Part shown: positions 9,389 to 19,141 of the stretch, in pieces
Layout of the letters: each line of letters opens with the position of its first letter
How positions within the stretch are numbered: the first letter of the stretch is position 1
Source of the DNA: Ginkgo biloba
Taxonomy: Eukaryota > Plantae > Ginkgophyta
NCBI GenBank assembly: GCA_024626585.2
Contig: JANKJI020000002.1
Coordinates: forward strand, 195,711,839 to 195,731,277
DNA: 19,439 nt
Reading direction: 5' to 3'
The notes under the pieces: model-generated
Told to the model about the DNA's origin: nothing
Seen by the model: only the letters and a program-made list of their open reading frames with translations
Database searches by the model: none
Position numbers and translations under genes: made by a program

Positions 9389-10225
9389 TTTTTTTTTTTC
9401 AGGTAAAAAGATAAGATATTATTAGAAGGATAAATTACATATGATACATAACGGTCCACGGGTTTGAAGCCCTGGACTTAGAAAGATGAAACTTCTGTCA
9501 GATCGGCAGATTTCCTGTGGCGAAATGGATGGAGATACGTCTCTCAATGAAGAACTGACACTCCTGGAACAAACTGAGAGAGAACCATCTCAAGACCCGT
9601 TCTGCATTAGGACACAAAGATGCAGAAGCAGCTGAGCTTTCCCTGTGATGGGCATATCCTGTCCGTTTAATCTGAGACACCTCTCTCTCATCAAATGTTT
9701 CCAGCATCCCAACTGGCTCCCGAGTATTTTATAACACTGAAGGGCACTCTGAGATGTCTCTTCAACGGACCTGTGTAGAGTCTCACAGTGAACCAGCCCA
9801 TTACACTGTAGAACCAAACAAAGGAGGCCCAGATGATCCTTCCAGACATAACACTAGCTACATCTCGAATCTGTTAAGTAGAACTGCACTGGGAGACGAG
9901 AAGATCTGAATCTCTGATATCTTCTTCTGTCTGGACCTCACCTCTTGCATTTTGCGTTTTTTGGCCATTAGATCTGCCCAGACATTCCACCCTCCTTTTA
10001 TATAAGAGATATCCCATTCTTAAAAGTGGGACAAAATATGTTTAGTCTCCTTGGTAATGGTCTCCAAACTAGGATTGTTACAGGCCCACCTGCCCTGGAC
10101 CAGCTTGATAATGAGCTGAGAGTCCCCCAAGATTTTAACCTTCCATTCGTTCTTCTCCATTAGCAATTTCAAAGCCTTCCTTAAGTGCCTTGCCCTCCAC
10201 AATATTGTGTTCCTCTGCAACATTT
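9389..10225 (-). mobile_element. LINE-like 3' end: plant RNase H-like domain, unassigned extension, 3' UTR, poly(A)
   Basis: HNIVEGKALKEGFEIA / KVKILGDSQLIIKLVQGRWAC..ILSHF*EWDISYIKGGWNVWADLMAK matches the NNxAExxAL..GDSQLV..NxxADxLA pattern of the RNase H found in plant L1 and Tat elements. T11 at 9389-9399 is a minus-strand A tail preceded by TGTAAT..AATAATA. Confidence 0.8.
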
Positions 10226-10507
10226 GGTTTGGGAGAATGCTTGATCTTGCATTAAAGCTTGTTTGAAAGGTAATGGGCTTACCCTTCCTCTTTTGACTTC
10301 ACCAGAAACGAGGGGCATCTTAGCTACTTCGACGATGAAACCTTGTACAAGATTGAGCCTTCATTCAAATCTAAAAGAGGAACGCACTCTTGCCCCTTCG
10401 AATTGAAGAGTATCTCTGNNNNNNNNNNNNNNNNNNNNNNNNNNNNNNNNNNNNNNNNNNNNNNNNNNNNNNNNNNNNNNNNNNNNNNNNNNNNNNNNNN
10501 NNNNNNN

Positions 10508-11300
10508 CTCCCTTTCTCCTTCAATCGGCTTTTGATCATGGCATTTATCTGATTTAGTTATCGCTTAAGTAGTGCCATTTGTTGTTCTTCTTTCTGTGCA
10601 TCTTCCAATAATTCCTGAAACTCTCCTTGGGTATCCTTAACTACCTATTGAACCTTAATAATTTCCCTTATTGCTTTGGCCCTCCTCACTTTTTTTGTGC
10701 ATAGTTCCTTACATTCACTGTCAATCAATAATATCCATGCACCGAGTTTAGGACTAATATCCTCCAATACTTCGAGAATCTCTTTCTCAAAATTGTTCAT
10801 GAATACCTTGCATGTATCATCTTCTAGTTTTACATCAGCTAATCATACATTTAAAAAATATTTTATGAGTTTGATCTTTAATTTGGCTTCATGGGCATTT
10901 TTCTGCACAAGCACTATTTCATGTGTCACACCTTGTTTTGGGTCTTTAATTTTTCAAACCAAATCCCTTACCAATATCTGGATAACATTGGCAGTAAATG
11001 TTGGATTCCACACTTCATGGTTTAATAACTTACATTCTGATTTTCCAACCCTTCATCAAATTCTTTTATTCTATCTCTATAGTCCAACCTGATATGGCCA
11101 TCAGGGATGGCATCAACGTAGCTTGGTCGAGAATAATGGATGTGGATGATTAAGTGGGTTGGCTGGCTCTGGATCCTAAAGCAACTTGCACACCAATGTC
11201 ACGTATTTCCTTAGGCAAAGGGTTGGTGGTGCTTTTAGGAGTATGACTAGACTTCCTAACTCCTCTGGTGAGGAACTCCTCTTGCTCAGTTGGATTGGTG
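10508..11300 (-). pseudogene. Decayed ORF with coiled-coil character, probably a TE accessory ORF
   Basis: Fragments read LLNHEVWNPTFTANVIQILVRDL, FMNNFEKEILEVLEDISPKLGAWILLIDSECKELC and EFQELLEDAQKEEQQMALLKR*LNQINAMIKSRLKEKG. No family recognised. Confidence 0.45.
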
Positions 11301-11334
11301 CTCAGAAGATTGATAGTAAGAAAGTTCCACAGAG

Positions 11335-11367
11335 GTGTATGTGTGTGTGAGAGAGAGAGAGGGAGAG
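11335..11367. repeat. Compound (GT)n(GA)n microsatellite
   Basis: GTGTATGTGTGTGTGAGAGAGAGAGAGGGAGAG. Confidence 0.85.
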
Positions 11368-12181
11368 CTAGGCACGAGTTTGTAAATTGAAAAAATTCAT
11401 TCTACCAGCATTAATGAAAATCATGGTACAATATATAGTACAATTTGAATAAAAGAAAATAACGGTTAACAAACTACTCCTATGAATGGGTTCTCTCCCA
11501 TGACGGAAAACTATTAAAACATTAAAATTAATGACTGATCCTAAGGTTAATAAATACCAAAATGTAACCTTAGGGAAACATTAATAAAACCTTAAAAATT
11601 AAGTTTCTTAATAAAATGGTACATTACTATTGAAATGTAGTTTAACACAACTAATTATGTGATTGAATCCTTAGGTAATTTGTTTAAATAGTTTAAATAC
11701 CTTTTGTGTGGTAAGTTTTTTTCACTCGCAACAAGTTTAAGGATATGAGAAACATTAAGAAGGATCTTAGGTTTTCAAAAAAATAAATTTATGAAGAATT
11801 TTCTTGGTTGAACACATGATAGATATATATTTAATAATATAAAATGTTCTATTATTGTGTTCTTAATATATGGAGGATATTGGTGAATATTGTATTTTTT
11901 TCAAGAAATTAATATAGACTAGAAAAATATTAATCTAAATAATTTTCTTGATTACTATCATATTTTTAAAAATTTAAGAAAAGATAGACCTTAAAGATTT
12001 TCTTTCGTAAGGAATATTTTAACCTATTGAGATCTTATTCATATTATAAGAATATAATGTTATTAAATAAAGTATATTAGANNNNNNNNNNNNNNNNNNN
12101 NNNNNNNNNNNNNNNNNNNNNNNNNNNNNNNNNNNNNNNNNNNNNNNNNNNNNNNNNNNNNNNNNNNNNNNNNNNNNNNNN

Positions 12182-12664
12182 CTCGTAGAACTATAGAGGC
12201 ATTAGTAGATACATTGTGACTTATGCCTTCTCTAGGGCTTGTTTGATGTCGAAACCCTTAAATTCTTCTCTATGGTGATGAACATTGTGTTCCCAAGCCT
12301 CGATATTGAATGAGGGCATGGTTCTAGACATGGCATCTCTAGTTTATACTAGTTCATCATAGTTCCTCCATCAAGTTTCCTTAGTATCTTCTTGCGGTCG
12401 CTTTGCTTCTCTTTCGGTCATCTNNNNNNNNNNNNNNNNNNNNNNNNNNNNNNNNNNNNNNNNNNNTTCTTATCTTTGGAGTGGTTGTTTAGATAATGAT
12501 GGAACAATAGGACTGTCGACTTAACTCGTCTTGTTGCTATTGTTTCATTGCATGCAGAATCTTTGGTGTCGATGTACTCAAATCGATTTGAAGTGGGTGA
12601 CTTTTGGTTGATGTCATCATGAAAGACGCGTCGAATATTTTGAGCTTTCTTTAGGGTTTTTCAT
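12182..12664 (-). pseudogene. Decayed extra ORF downstream of the integrase
   Basis: ATG at 12664; with one indel in an A-run the frame KTLKKAQNIRRVFHDDINQKSPTSNRFEYIDT.. is stop-free to the gap at 12466. After the gap it reads WRNYDELV*TRDAMSRTMPSFNIEAWEHNVHHHREEFKGFDIKQALEKA*VTM. Confidence 0.45.
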
Positions 12665-12859
12665 ATTTGTCTATGGTCGTTTGGTCTTTTCGATGTTCGG
12701 TTATTTTGTCTTATTTATGTTCAATTGTTTCGTCTTTGTGTGCTAACAATTGGAAGTGTATTTCTTTGTTAGAATTTTATTATTTTCATAATACACATAT
12801 ATTATTTATTATTATTATTATTTTTATTTTTTCTTTTGTTCTTTCTTCATTGAACATTA

Positions 12860-13465
12860 CGTAGTTGTAAGCCTTATGTTGACTTCCATTGACTAGTTTT
12901 GGTATCTTTCCATTCAAGTATTGCAACTATATAGAGCCATTATCATTTAGTTGATGGATTCTATATGATCTGAGCCATTTGATTTTTAATTTGCTAGGTT
13001 TTGTTCAAAAGTTAGTCATAAAGTAAAACCAAGTCACCATTTCTAAACTTAGGGGTTTGAATATGACGATCATACTGCACTTGTTGGCATTTTTGGCTTA
13101 CTTCCCATTGCCAATGGGCAAGGGTACGGGTTTCATCCAACTAATTTAACAATGTAAAGGGATTTTCTATGATTCCACGTCTCCTAGATGATGTTTTATA
13201 GCAATGCATAAGCTGGAAACTAGAAATTCAAATGGCATAATTGCTCCTTGCCCATACACTAAGCGAAATGGGGTAGCTCCATAGGCCTTTCGTAGTTGTT
13301 CAATCTGCATAGAGTACTAAATATAATTTTTCCACTCAGTCAGTGTGACTAACATTATAAATTTTAGTTAGTACCATTTTCAAAATTTTATTCATGCTTT
13401 CGGCAAGCCCATTCCCATGAGAGTAGTACGGTGTTGATTTTCAATGAGTTATCATGAATTCCTAG
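12860..13465 (-). mobile_element. Degenerate non-chromovirus Ty3/gypsy (Athila/Tat-related) integrase C-half
   Basis: STPYYSHGNGLAESMNKILKMVLTK..TD*VEKL..GATPFRLVYGQGAIMPFEF..LDETRTLA..YDRHIQTPKFRNGDLVLLYD..KLKIKWLRSY..NDNGS..LVNGSQHKAY. No chromodomain follows. Confidence 0.92.
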
Positions 13466-13652
13466 GTCAGACAATCCAACCAAAATGCTACTTAAACTAC
13501 TTGGTATGTTTTTCATTGTCTCAATAATATTTTGGATATTATGCATGGGGAANNNNNNNNNNNNNNNNNNNNNNNNNNNNNNNNNNNNNNNNNNNNNNNN
13601 NNNNNNNNNNNNNNNNNNNNNNNNNNNNNNNNNNNNNNNNNNNNNNNNNNNN

Positions 13653-14570
13653 ACTTGTTTGTTCACATTCACATTTGAATTATGGCTGAAAATTAGATTT
13701 TAAATCTATTTTTTTCCTATTTTGGCCTCTTTTGTAGTGCCTCTATGTTGTACCCAAGGCTCTTGTTGCTCATGAGGGGATCTTTTCCCTTCTCCTACTT
13801 TTCTTATGTGAAACAAATTTTTTTTCATGATCTTGGTGGCATAGTGGCTTGCTACCCCATATTTGGTAGTGTGGTCACTTGCTGCCCTCTTTTTGGTAGA
13901 TTTTTTCTCATTATGACAGTTTAGCTACTTGCTCCCCCACTATAGTGGGATTGTCTCTTATTGTCTTAAAGGTTAGATCATATGGGTTTTGGATACTATT
14001 TGCTTATTTCATCCTTTAAATTTCATTAAAATTGAAAGAAGGAAGGAAAGGGAAAGATAAAGAAATAAATTTTATATTTTACATAGAGAGATAATGAATA
14101 TTTACATTATGTTTTCTACTATGATATTCAACACATCATATTATTATTGTTATATGTTACATGGATTATTTATTTTGATATGAAGTTTATGTATTTATTT
14201 TCTGAAACACATGTTGTGAATAATTATCATTTCATTTTCTTTATGTTTTATATGTCAATGCACATGGCTACACACATAACTACATAACACTCCATGCATT
14301 AAAGTGTATGAGGGGGGTCTTTTGATCCCTTACTCATGATTGGGATGATTTGTGTTGGGTTGTACAAGGAGGGAGAACACACACACTTTCACATATTTTT
14401 GGAAATTCCACTAGGGATCCACGGTTGCAGTATGCCTCTACCTCATCATATTCCCCTTAGTATGCCTTAGGTTTCAATTGGGTCCAATGGGTAAGTCCTA
14501 GGTGCTTGATAGTGAAACCCACTTTTTGAAGCTTAGTATTATGTTATTGAGACTAGGAACCCTTTCTCTC
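13653..14570. repeat. Non-coding, probably LTR/UTR-derived sequence with short sub-repeats
   Basis: Three related CTTGCT(A/G/C)CCC motifs lie within ~13845-13950, with an AT-rich block and no coding signal. Confidence 0.3.
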
Positions 14571-14579
14571 ATAGGGCCC

Positions 14580-15529
14580 CTTTGATTTTTCTTCCCCTAG
14601 AAAACTTTATTTTGTTGTGATGTACTTTTGCAGTTGTCCCATTGTTCAAGCTCTTAAAGAAAATGGCTGATGAGTTTGATTTCGGAAGGTGCAAATCAAC
14701 TTGTATATCAAGCTGGAACTAATATTCAATTTATGTTCCAACTTGTCTACTTATACATGAGGTCCCTGTTTACATGCAATCACTGTGGAGTCCCTTTTGG
14801 TTGGAGTTTGTGGTTGCTGAAGTTGTTTTCCCAAGCGTTCCTTTAAGCAACAGTGAAGAGGATAGAAAACTTAGTTGTAACGTCCCTAGTTATTGATGTT
14901 TTTTGAGAGCAAAATGATTTTCTCCCAATTTTATCTGTGGAGCCAAGTATTTCTTCATTGCTTTCTTGGATCTTACTTGTTTGAAGCCATCCGCTTTGAT
15001 TCCTAAATAAATGTTAGGCGGGTTTTTGGGCTAGGACCTTTCCAAGTGGTCATAATCATGGTAGAGACCACACCTAAAAGGCACTTGGTCATAACCCAGC
15101 TTTGAATGTGCTCATTATTCAAAATCTTTAAGTAGATTGCGTCTGGAAGACCCCATTCCAGATTGAGCTCAACACATATCCTAGTGAAAGAAATTAAATC
15201 CTTTTTCTTTGATTGGTTTGAAACCTTGATAAATCTACATAGCTTATTGCTGATAAACTCCAACATAGTCTCATTTCAAATATTCAAAGGTAAAAGAAGG
15301 AGCATTATCCAAACTGGGATTATCAACGGGCACTCCAATAATTTAAGTAGAGGCAGCCATTTGCCATGAACCAGGGCCCTCCTCTGTCTTCTTTGGAGGA
15401 GAAAGTGGCAATAAAGAACCCTCTGTCACAAAGACAAACCCTCACCCTGCCTGAGATGATCTAAAACCAGTTCCTGCACATCCATGCCTTAAGAGCTCCT
15501 AGGAAAGGCCGATGATTGTTGTACTGTCC
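14580..15529 (-). mobile_element. Degenerate L1-type LINE ORF1 (DUF4283-like region plus CCHC knuckle)
   Basis: RPFLGALKAWMCRNW..GFFIATFSSKEDR..GPWFM..PVWIMLLLLPL..FTRICVELNLEWGLPDAIYL..YDQVPFRCGLYHDYDHLERS..DGFKQVRSKK..RGRK, the typical plant L1 ORF1 motif order. Confidence 0.9.
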
Positions 15530-16056
15530 NNNNNNNNNNNNNNNNNNNNNNNNNNNNNNNNNNNNNNNNNNNNNNNNNNNNNNNNNNNNNNNNNNNNNNN
15601 NNNNNNNNNNNNNNNNNNNNNNNNNNNNNNNNNNNNNNNNNNNNNNNNNNNNNNNNNNNNNNNNNNNNNNNNNNNNNNNNNNNNNNNNNNNNNNNNNNNN
15701 NNNNNNNNNNNNNNNNNNNNNNNNNNNNNNNNNNNNNNNNNNNNNNNNNNNNNNNNNNNNNNNNNNNNNNNNNNNNNNNNNNNNNNNNNNNNNNNNNNNN
15801 NNNNNNNNNNNNNNNNNNNNNNNNNNNNNNNNNNNNNNNNNNNNNNNNNNNNNNNNNNNNNNNNNNNNNNNNNNNNNNNNNNNNNNNNNNNNNNNNNNNN
15901 NNNNNNNNNNNNNNNNNNNNNNNNNNNNNNNNNNNNNNNNNNNNNNNNNNNNNNNNNNNNNNNNNNNNNNNNNNNNNNCCGAGTTTGAATTTTCCGTTTG
16001 ATTTGTTTGACCATCAAACTAATGGTCCAACATTCATCCTATTTTTGAAATCACTT

Positions 16057-16350
16057 ATACAAGTGGTGGAATTACAAAAGAGTCTAAATAAGCTCAAACT
16101 AGACAACAAAGTTAAGAACATTCCTACTGCTAAATAAACTACCCTAGATTCGGTAAGTAAACTAAAGCAAAGGAACAAAGAACTGGCATGGAGAGTGATG
16201 ATACGAAATCATTGTAACATAAAGTGCTCTCTTGATACAGATTATAAATTCCATTCTGCTTTCCTTGGAAGTGGGAGGAAATTACTCATTGTAGGACCAA
16301 GGAGCTATCAAAATATATTATATTTCTTACTTACACAAAATGCATGAAAC
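16057..16350. repeat. LTR-like dispersed repeat B, copy 1
   Basis: Colinear with 18095-18379. Exact blocks are CTCAAACTAGACAACAAAG (16093/18131), CTTGGAAGTGGGAGGAA (16264/18294) and CAAAATGCAT. Confidence 0.85.
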
Positions 16351-16457
16351 ATTAGTTTGAGATTCAAATCACTCATTGTAGGACCAAGGAGCTAGGAAAA
16401 TTTATTACAATTCTTACTTACCCAAAATGCATGAAACATTAGGTTGAGACTGAAATC
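16284..16457. repeat. Tandem duplication, 2 x 87 bp
   Basis: 16284-16370 and 16371-16457 both start ACTCATTGTAGGACCAAGGAGCTA and contain TTCTTACTTAC.CAAAATGCATGAAACATTAG.TTGAGA. Confidence 0.93.
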
Positions 16458-17489
16458 AACTGTGACAAATTAATCACCTGATTGTACCAGTCTGCAAATT
16501 TTTAGAACTAGAAAGTTTGAAAACGTAAAATCAGAGTCTGAAAATTAGGATATTATTTGGACGATCCACATGATGAGTTTGATAACAAATGCCAAATCTC
16601 GAATCTCAATTGGGTTGGACCAGACATAGAACCAAATTAAGCCTGCCTAAATAGGCCTCAGAATTACAAAAGTCTACTTATGAAAAGTATTGTGCTATTC
16701 CAGATCATGAGTTGTTCTACAACTCTGAAGTTGACTCAGATCATTGGAGTTGAAGCTGATGAATATAAACAGAAGTTGCAAACATTTACCATCAGTTATT
16801 GAACAAACCAATCTTTGATTCTGTGTTGTCATTTTCTGTCTTAATTAATTTCAGTAATGATGACACCAGAATTTGGAGAGTAGGAAGAGACAAAATTGGA
16901 GAATATTTTCCCTAAAAGAGAGAAAGTTGATCTAAAGAAAATCTAGAAGACTGATCATATTTACCCAATACCGAATTTGAAGTTTTTAGTGGAATATGGT
17001 GTAAGAATTCTTCTGAAGTGATGGACATTGGATAATGAATCAACCATTCCAAATTGCTTGGTTGCTTTGGCTCATCAATTAACAAATGAACCAATATGGA
17101 CTTGTGAAGTCCGTAAATTTGTGATCTTTCCTATGTAGGATTTGATCACCAGACATTGCTTCTCTCTTTAGCTTGCAAAAGGAAATTATAAGAATGTTGC
17201 TGATAATAGTTTGGAACAAGATGGACTAGAAGAGGAGAAAATGATTACAGCCAAGCACATGCAAGATAAGAAGGGACTATGTTGCAAGCAAAGTGGCAAA
17301 CAAGGAAAAGGAGCAAGAACAATTCAGCTATATTTGATGAAATAGTGAAAGGTTTGAATTCTAAGAAAATGGCTTTGTTCAAGGTTGAAGAGTTATGCAA
17401 AAATATATATAACTAGAACTTTAAGAGTGTCTAAGTCAAGATAAATCGTACGATTAGGAATAAAGACATTAAACTAGCTATGTAAGTGT

Positions 17490-17730
17490 TAGTTCAAGTC
17501 ATAAAAGTTAAGGGTGTTGTTGTGGACTTTAGATCTGAAGTCAGCATAATATCCATAGATATGTGAAAATATATGGTATCTCCTAAGATGATACATTCAA
17601 GGATAATCATTAGAATGGAATATCAACATCAAGTCACTCTAAGAGGAAGGTTGCTAGACATGAAGATTTCTTATGGAACTTTACAAGTAGAGAAGAAATT
17701 CAATATGATATCACTACTATTGATGCATGT
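17490..17730 (+). pseudogene. Degenerate retrotransposon aspartic protease
   Basis: VKGVVVDFRSEVSIISIDM*KYMVSPKMIHSRIIIRMEYQHQVTLRGRLLDMKI (D at 17525, in frame with ORF 17573) resembles VxxDxGSxVNI..LRMADQ..PxGxL gypsy proteases. Confidence 0.7.
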
Positions 17731-17760
17731 TTTGTACACAAGCTCCAACAGTGTGATTGG

Positions 17761-17994
17761 TGTAACACCCACACGTTTTAGGATCCCTGCTAGTATCAGA
17801 ACCCAAGGTACAAAAACTCAGGGCATATATCTTAGGTGAGTAATGTGAGTTTTAAACCTACTAGTGGAGCTTCTAATCAGATGGATATTCACGATGTCTT
17901 CTAACTAAGTGGTTTTTAGATCTTCTAAAGGAAGTTCAAAAGGGGAGAGAAGATTAATTACTATTAATGTCTACGTAACAACTTAAACCAAAAT
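17761..17994. repeat. Putative LTR terminus inserted after the protease remnant
   Basis: TGTAACACCC at 17761, a common gypsy LTR terminus, lies close to where coding similarity is lost. Confidence 0.55.
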
Positions 17995-18094
17995 NNNNNN
18001 NNNNNNNNNNNNNNNNNNNNNNNNNNNNNNNNNNNNNNNNNNNNNNNNNNNNNNNNNNNNNNNNNNNNNNNNNNNNNNNNNNNNNNNNNNNNNN

Positions 18095-18379
18095 ATACAG
18101 GCAGTGTTATTACAAAAGAATCTAAATAATCTCAAACTAGACAACAAAGGTAAGGAGAATATCCCTACATCTAAAGAAACCACCCTAGGTTCACAAAATA
18201 AACCAACATAAAGGAACACAAAAATTAACCATTGGGGGAGACGATATGAAAATTATGTTACAAAAAATGATGTCTTGATATAGGATATGAAATCTTGGAA
18301 GTGGGAGGAAGATTACTTAGTTTAAGACTAAAGGAGCTAACAAAAGTTATTGTCCTTATCAAGGCAAAATGCATCAAAC
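18095..18379. repeat. LTR-like dispersed repeat B, copy 2
   Basis: Colinear with copy 1 (16057-16350), sharing the same exact blocks. Confidence 0.85.
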
Positions 18380-18459
18380 TAGCAATTTAATGGTACCTAG
18401 AAGAGGATGTACCACCAGCAATCCATCAACAACTACAAGGTTGTGTGGATACTTAGTTT

Positions 18460-18940
18460 GGACCAATTGTTTATGATGGGACTGGTGAGCGAGTGGCCCA
18501 TTTGGCCCAATAATGATTGATATTTGTGGGATTTAAAGTGAAGTTCAACCTAATATGCACTTTTTTTGACTCTACAAGTGACTACTATGGTATAGTATAC
18601 ATGTATGAAAAGATATAATTAATGCATGAGCATCACAATAGGCAACTTTTTTTTATTGGATTTAAATTTTACTAGATCCTTCTATTATTCTAAAGGTGCA
18701 GTAGGAGCCTCATCAAAGTCATAATGAAATTCTCCAATATTTTTCCAGTTGATTACTGGATTATTGTTTAAAAGCTCGATTAAAGAAGATCAATTTCAAA
18801 ACCTTATTTGATGGAATATTTTATTGATGGATTGTCTGCCAAGTTGCAAAAGAAGATCCAACATCATTTAATGCAGGATTTATGATCAAGTTTGCGATTT
18901 GGCAATTCACTTTGAGAAGCATATGCAAATGGAAGATTGG
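18460..18940 (+). pseudogene. Degenerate retrotransposon gag
   Basis: YDGTGERVAHLAQ (18472; cf. YDGTGDPxxHL), ILKVQ*EPHQS, FIDGLSAKLQKKIQ (18821) and YDQVCDLAIHFEK. Confidence 0.7.
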
Positions 18941-19141
18941 TTGTTGTTATGAGCAAGATATCTAGGATACCTTGGAAGGATTTGGGAGGAGATTTGACGT
19001 CATAGACCATATGTGAAATCAGAAGGATGTGATCTAGAGAAGGAAGCATCAAAGGCTCCAGTAGGGAATCTACAAGTAATAGAATCTATGCCTATTGTGC
19101 ATAATTAAAAAATATGAGAAGATATATGGTGTCGTCTGCTA

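Larger units (their letters stand above)
949..18094. other. Fourteen N-runs (assembly gaps, or possibly masking)
   Basis: Exactly 100 N: 5765-5864, 6870-6969, 8714-8813, 12082-12181, 13553-13652, 17995-18094. Other sizes: 949-988, 2278-2386, 3013-3854, 7581-7645, 7858-7929, 10419-10507, 12424-12466, 15530-15978. Confidence 0.9.

Noticed and set aside
9389-9403. T11-CAG as a plus-strand splice acceptor of a host exon
   Set aside because: All three downstream frames stop within ~25 nt; it is better explained as the minus-strand poly(A) tail.
9454-9490. Helitron 3' end or tRNA gene at the hairpin
   Set aside because: There is no CTRR at the expected distance, no A-box and no cloverleaf.
11450-12081. 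Very AT-rich block as a MITE or regulatory element
   Set aside because: No terminal inverted repeats, TSD or periodicity could be supported by eye.
12667-12864. Hydrophobic 65 aa ORF as a membrane or env-like peptide
   Set aside because: It is the translation of the T-rich complement of an A-rich spacer, on the strand opposite the element.
14876-14886. TGTAACGTCCC as an LTR terminus
   Set aside because: It lies within the low-complexity C-terminus of LINE ORF1 (DVTTKFSIL on the minus strand) with no sequence switch.
3928-16457. CRISPR-like repeat-spacer array or prokaryotic RT-associated system
   Set aside because: All repeats are two-copy duplications without unique spacers, and all protein motifs are eukaryotic retroelement types.
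17791-17802. TAGTATCAGAAC as an iMet primer-binding site
   Set aside because: It has two mismatches to TGGTATCAGAGC and does not follow an LTR CA end.
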